Assembly: GCA_963707985.1 (NCBI GenBank) | Contig: CAVPRW010000027.1 | Coordinates: 128,001 to 192,000 of the forward strand | Source of the DNA: an uncultured Nitrospinota bacterium | GTDB taxonomy: Bacteria; Tectomicrobia; Entotheonellia; J063; CAVPRW01 | DNA: 64,000 nt | Direction: 5' to 3' | In this document: positions 63,540-64,000 of the stretch, piece by piece | How positions within the stretch are numbered: position 1 is the first letter of the stretch | Layout: the number at the start of each line of letters is the position of its first letter | Notes under the pieces: model-generated | What the model saw: only the letters and a program-made list of their open reading frames with translations | What the model was told of the DNA's origin: nothing | Database searches by the model: none | Program-made: the position numbers and the translations under genes

Positions 63540-64000
63540 TTACCACGCTGAAAAATGTAACAGCCCATCCACCGGGGCGTAATCGTCGGTCAGGAGCGGG
63601 ACATCCTTCACGGGGATAGAATCGAACACATAGGTGTGCGCGAAGCGTTCGAGTGGGAACTGCACCTTGTGCTCGTCTTCAAGGCGTCGCGACCGGCGAA
63701 TGACATCTTGTTTACTGAGGCGTTCTTTGTCCTGGGTGGCGATGACGATGATGTTCGACACCTCATCCACCGGAAACACGTAGGTCTGGGGGAACTCGGT
63801 CTGCAGGGTTTTCAGGATCGAGCGAAACAACTTGCTGTCGGAGCCCTGGACACTGCCGATAATGTTCGACACCAGGATACCCGTGGGCGTGAGCTTGGCT
63901 TTAAGCTCCTGGAAAAATTCTCGGGTGCTCAGATGAAAGGGGATCGCATCGGCGTAATAGGCGTCGAGCACGATGACGTCATACCGATGTGGCGTTTTCT
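63540..64000 (-). CDS. Spermidine-synthase-like methyltransferase, C-terminal part (5' end outside the window)
   Basis: YDVIVLDAY, IPFHLSTREFF, LLTDDYAPVD. Confidence 0.88.
   Translation of the reverse strand, partial: KTPHRYDVIVLDAYYADAIPFHLSTREFFQELKAKLTPTGILVSNIIGSVQGSDSKLFRSILKTLQTEFPQTYVFPVDEVSNIIVIATQDKERLSKQDVIRRSRRLEDEHKVQFPLERFAHTYVFDSIPVKDVPLLTDDYAPVDGLLHFSAW

Overview
A 64-kb window of a GC-rich bacterial genome. The gene styles suggest a Tectomicrobia/Entotheonella-like lineage, but that is weak inference. About 1-56.7 kb is a heavily rearranged accessory region that ends at a tyrosine integrase abutting the 5' end of tRNA-Arg(CCG). About 56.8-64 kb is core-like (trxB, lgt, degP/degQ, cytidylate-kinase-like/BON, FAD oxidase, spermidine-synthase-like). 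The accessory part holds: four toxin-antitoxin pairs; a low-GC ~2000-aa nuclease-TPR-PIN defence-type gene split by an IS; a decayed integron (intI fragment, one complete 59-bp attC, several half attCs); a cytochrome c peroxidase/DAHL-PAS kinase/sigma54 regulator module with a lectin-like lipoprotein and its own Lgt; metabolic genes; a Bell-like protein and an adjacent DUF4062/NLR-like gene sharing an amyloid-type motif; and several IS/MITE remnants. The most striking pattern is that four IS remnants and the intI fragment appear riddled with A:T->C:G transversions, while neighbouring genes keep long open frames. This hints at mobile-element-directed (RIP-like) hypermutation or a strong mutT-type bias. 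Many single-base frameshifts in otherwise intact genes are probably sequencing or assembly indels. All family assignments are from recognised motifs; no database search was run.
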